Below are positions 19,408-22,140 of a stretch of 22,140 nt of DNA, in pieces (positions within the stretch are counted from its first letter, which is position 1; every line of letters starts with the position of its first letter). The DNA comes from Fastidiosibacter lacustris (lineage in GTDB: Bacteria > Pseudomonadota > Gammaproteobacteria > Francisellales > Francisellaceae). The stretch lies in NCBI RefSeq assembly GCF_003428155.1, contig NZ_QLIR01000026.1:1-22140 (forward strand). Direction: 5' to 3'. The notes beneath the pieces are model-generated. The model was not told the origin of the DNA, made no database searches, and saw only the letters and a program-made list of their open reading frames with translations. Both the position numbers and the translations under genes were made by a program.

Positions 19408-20460
19408 ATGTATATTCAAAACCTTAATATTTATCAGTTTCGTAACTTAAGTGAAGTTGCTATGACACTTCATCCTAAGCTTAATCTGATTAGTGGTCAA
19501 AATGGAAGTGGTAAAACTTCCATTTTGGAGGCGATCTACTTTTTGTCTCTAGGACGATCGTTTAGGAGTGCTCAATTAGCAAGAATTATTAGTCATGAAA
19601 AGGAGAATTTTAAATTATTCTCACGTTTTTATAATGCTAAAGAGAGGACAATTGCAAGCCTGCGTGATAAAACTGGCAAAAGTACAATTAGGTTAGATGG
19701 TGAAGAGGTCAGTTCTCAAGCAGAATTGACGCGCGCATTACCCGTACAATTATTTAATCCTGAGAGTTTTAGTCTTATTAATAGTGGTGCACAACAGCGC
19801 TGTAAACTTCTAGATTGGGGGGTCTTTTATCATAAAAAGAATTTCTTGAATATATGGCAACAAGTTAAGCGTTTAACTAAACAAAGGAATGCTGCATTAA
19901 AGCAAAATTATCCACGTAACTATATTGAGATTTTAGATAGGGAATTAGTGACTAAATCGGAAGCTTTAGATCAAGCACGCTTGGATTATTTCCAAATGCT
20001 TATGCCTAAAATACAAGAGCTATTACTGCTATTTAGTCCTCAATTGCAAGTTGAAATCAGTTATTATCGTGGCTGGTCGCAGGATAAGGCTTTGTTAGAG
20101 GTTTTAATACATAGCTTTCAAAGCGATGTAAAATCTGGCATCACAAGTCATGGTTCGCATCGAGCTGATTTACGCTTTAAAGTAAATGGACATCCTGCTC
20201 AAGATATACTCTCGCGTGGACAGCAAAAGATTCTTATCTCGGCGATTAAGCTTGCCCAAGGGGAAATCTTTTCACAAGAACATCAAAGCGGTTGTATCTA
20301 TTTAGTCGATGATTTACATTCTGAGCTTGATCAAGCACATTTACAGAAAGTATTTAGTAAACTTGTAGAAATTGATGCTCAGATTATTGCTACGGCAATT
20401 AATGCCAATCACCTGTTAAATTTATTTTTAGACAAAGAACATAATCGCTACCAATTGTAA
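19408..20460 (+). CDS. recF: DNA replication and repair protein RecF
   Basis: 350 aa: 'LNIYQFRNLSEVAMTLHPKLNLISGQNGSGKTSILEAIYFLSLGRSFR', 'LSRGQQKILISAIKLAQG', 'IYLVDDLHSELDQAH'. Confidence 0.96.
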   Translation: MYIQNLNIYQFRNLSEVAMTLHPKLNLISGQNGSGKTSILEAIYFLSLGRSFRSAQLARIISHEKENFKLFSRFYNAKERTIASLRDKTGKSTIRLDGEEVSSQAELTRALPVQLFNPESFSLINSGAQQRCKLLDWGVFYHKKNFLNIWQQVKRLTKQRNAALKQNYPRNYIEILDRELVTKSEALDQARLDYFQMLMPKIQELLLLFSPQLQVEISYYRGWSQDKALLEVLIHSFQSDVKSGITSHGSHRADLRFKVNGHPAQDILSRGQQKILISAIKLAQGEIFSQEHQSGCIYLVDDLHSELDQAHLQKVFSKLVEIDAQIIATAINANHLLNLFLDKEHNRYQL

Positions 20461-20622
20461 ATCGATTGTTTTATAACGTTTTAGTATATATTTCATAATT
20501 GTGTTCAAAATAAGGAAAAGCCTTAAGATTTTTGTGCTAAAGTGGAGAAATATCGTTATTCTGGCATATTTACGTATATACTATAGACATTTACGAGTTG
20601 GGATCATGTTTTAGGAGAGACT

Positions 20623-21735
20623 ATGACAGAATTAGATCATGAGCATCATTCAAGCGGATTTGAACATGGTAGGATTAAAGTTATTGGTGTAGGGGGTGGT
20701 GGTGGAAATGCTGTAAGCTACATGGTTGAAAAGGGCTTAAAAGGCGCTAAAATTTATGCCATGAATACAGATAAGCAAGCGTTGGATAAGAATCTTGCCC
20801 CTTTTAAGGTGCAAATTGGTGAATACGTTTCTAAAGGACTGGGAGCAGGGGCAAACCCTGAGGTTGGCTTGAAAGCAGCTCAAGAGAGCATGCACCATAT
20901 AGAAGAAGCTATTGCTGATTGTGATATGTTATTTATTACCGCAGGTATGGGTGGAGGCACTGGTACAGGAGCAGCTGGTATTATTGCTGAGGTGGCTAAG
21001 CGTAAAGGCATTGTAACAGTTGGTGTGGTCACTACCCCGTTTTCTTTTGAAGGGCGACGGCGTGAACTTATTGCAAGACAAGGTATTTCAGCCTTACAAG
21101 AACATGTGAACTCATTAATTGTTATTCCTAATGACAAGCTTAAAAAATCACTAGGAGAAAAAACAACTCTAATGGATGCATTTCATGCAGCAAATGATGT
21201 GTTATATAACGCAATGTCATCAATGACAGGAATTATTCGTACGCCTGGTCATATTAATGTTGATTTTGCAGATGTTAAAACCGTGATGGCTTCTCCTGGA
21301 TTAGCTGTGATTGGTACAGGGCATGCTAAAGGCGAAGATCGTATTTTAAAAGCAGTTGAGAAAGCAGTATCTTGTGAGTTGTTAGAGGATATTGAACTAA
21401 AAGATGCTAAAGGACTTTTGGTATGTGTAACTTCCAGCAATGATATTTCATTGGGTGAATTTACTGAGCTTGGTGATCGTGTAGCTGAGATTGCAGCTCC
21501 TGATGCACCAGTTATTATTGGTACATCAATTAGAAAAGAAATGGGGGATGCAGTAGATATTACCATTATTGCCACAGGGTTTGATGTAGATGTTACAACT
21601 GAGCGTCACGGAGTAGTTCGTCAAGTGAAAACATTGCATAATCAACAACAACTTTCTACCAGTTATAAGGTCTTGAATGAAGGGCAAACTTTAGTGCGTA
21701 AACTTAATCCAGAGGCAAAACCAGATAATCAATAA
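20623..21735 (+). CDS. ftsZ: Cell division protein FtsZ
   Basis: 370 aa: 'RIKVIGVGGGGGNAV', 'NTDKQAL', 'FITAGMGGGTGTGAAG', 'VGVVTTPFSFEGRRR', 'NVDFADVKTVM'. Confidence 0.98.
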   Translation: MTELDHEHHSSGFEHGRIKVIGVGGGGGNAVSYMVEKGLKGAKIYAMNTDKQALDKNLAPFKVQIGEYVSKGLGAGANPEVGLKAAQESMHHIEEAIADCDMLFITAGMGGGTGTGAAGIIAEVAKRKGIVTVGVVTTPFSFEGRRRELIARQGISALQEHVNSLIVIPNDKLKKSLGEKTTLMDAFHAANDVLYNAMSSMTGIIRTPGHINVDFADVKTVMASPGLAVIGTGHAKGEDRILKAVEKAVSCELLEDIELKDAKGLLVCVTSSNDISLGEFTELGDRVAEIAAPDAPVIIGTSIRKEMGDAVDITIIATGFDVDVTTERHGVVRQVKTLHNQQQLSTSYKVLNEGQTLVRKLNPEAKPDNQ

Positions 21736-21837
21736 GTTTTTATTTAGGTTCTGGTGAAGGAGTATTAAAATAACTGTGTAAATTCATTCATAGGTTATAC
21801 TGGTTAAAACTTATAATCTAGGAACGAAAGGTGAGAA

Positions 21838-21962
21838 ATGGAAAACAAAATGAAGCTTTAAATCAAGCGTTTGATCTGATTGTTGATTCAGGCGCTGATC
21901 TGTCAAATTTATTTAAATCAGAAAGTTTGCTAAAACAACTCACAAAAGGGATGCATCAATTA
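21838..21962 (+). pseudogene. IS256-family transposase N-terminal remnant
   Basis: ATG GAA AAC then a frame change to 'QNEALNQAFDLIVDSGADLSNLFKSESLLKQLTKG', matching the IS256-family N-terminal pattern '...DLFGxxGLLKQLTK'. Decays afterwards. Confidence 0.65.
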
Positions 21963-22001
21963 AAAGTAAACAAGAAGATAAAAGTGATCAAGGAGGCTTT
22001 T

Positions 22002-22140
22002 ATGCAAACTAATGGTTTTGATGAGGCGATTTACCGCTCCCCGTTTGGATTAGTGAAATTGCAAGCCAATGATCAATATCTTTTGTTTTGTGAGTGGCTG
22101 AACGAATTAACAGAGGAAGTTAAGTCCAATAACAAAGTGT
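22002..22140 (+). CDS. N-terminus of a gene truncated by the window, possibly an Ogt-type methylated-DNA-cysteine methyltransferase
   Basis: AGGAGG ribosome-binding site (21991-21996), then 'MQTNGFDEAIYRSPFGLVKLQANDQYLLFCEWLNELTEEVKSNNKV', open to the end. Family guess rests only on the 'xSPFGLVKLQANDQ' resemblance. Confidence 0.4.
   Translation, partial: MQTNGFDEAIYRSPFGLVKLQANDQYLLFCEWLNELTEEVKSNNKV

Overview
This AT-rich window from a gammaproteobacterial-like chromosome has two parts. (1) About 1-5000 is an accessory, decayed region directly downstream of a 5S rRNA. It holds a substrate-binding-like protein and DUF1275 pair, an IS5-family transposase remnant and a possible IS3-family tail. 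It also holds a strongly degraded Tn3-family element: a tnpR C-terminal fragment, a tnpA C-terminal pseudogene, and a pair of 38-bp GGGG-type inverted ends. Between those ends lies a small block of uncharacterised exported-protein genes, my best candidate for something undescribed. Its first two ORFs share one reading frame and are separated by a single TAA. (2) About 5060-22140 is mostly housekeeping: gnd; pmbA-lysO-like-ferredoxin; purB; galE; rne; a ROK-family fructokinase; lapA-tsaD; dgt-recF; ftsZ; an IS256-family N-terminal remnant; and the start of a further gene. Points worth checking are an FtsZ with no recognisable conserved C-terminal peptide, non-canonical recF and ftsZ neighbourhoods, and an Asn/Gln/Lys-rich RNase E tail. 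No CRISPR array, tRNA or clear defence system was seen. All identifications come from reading the sequence and recalling family motifs; no database search was run.
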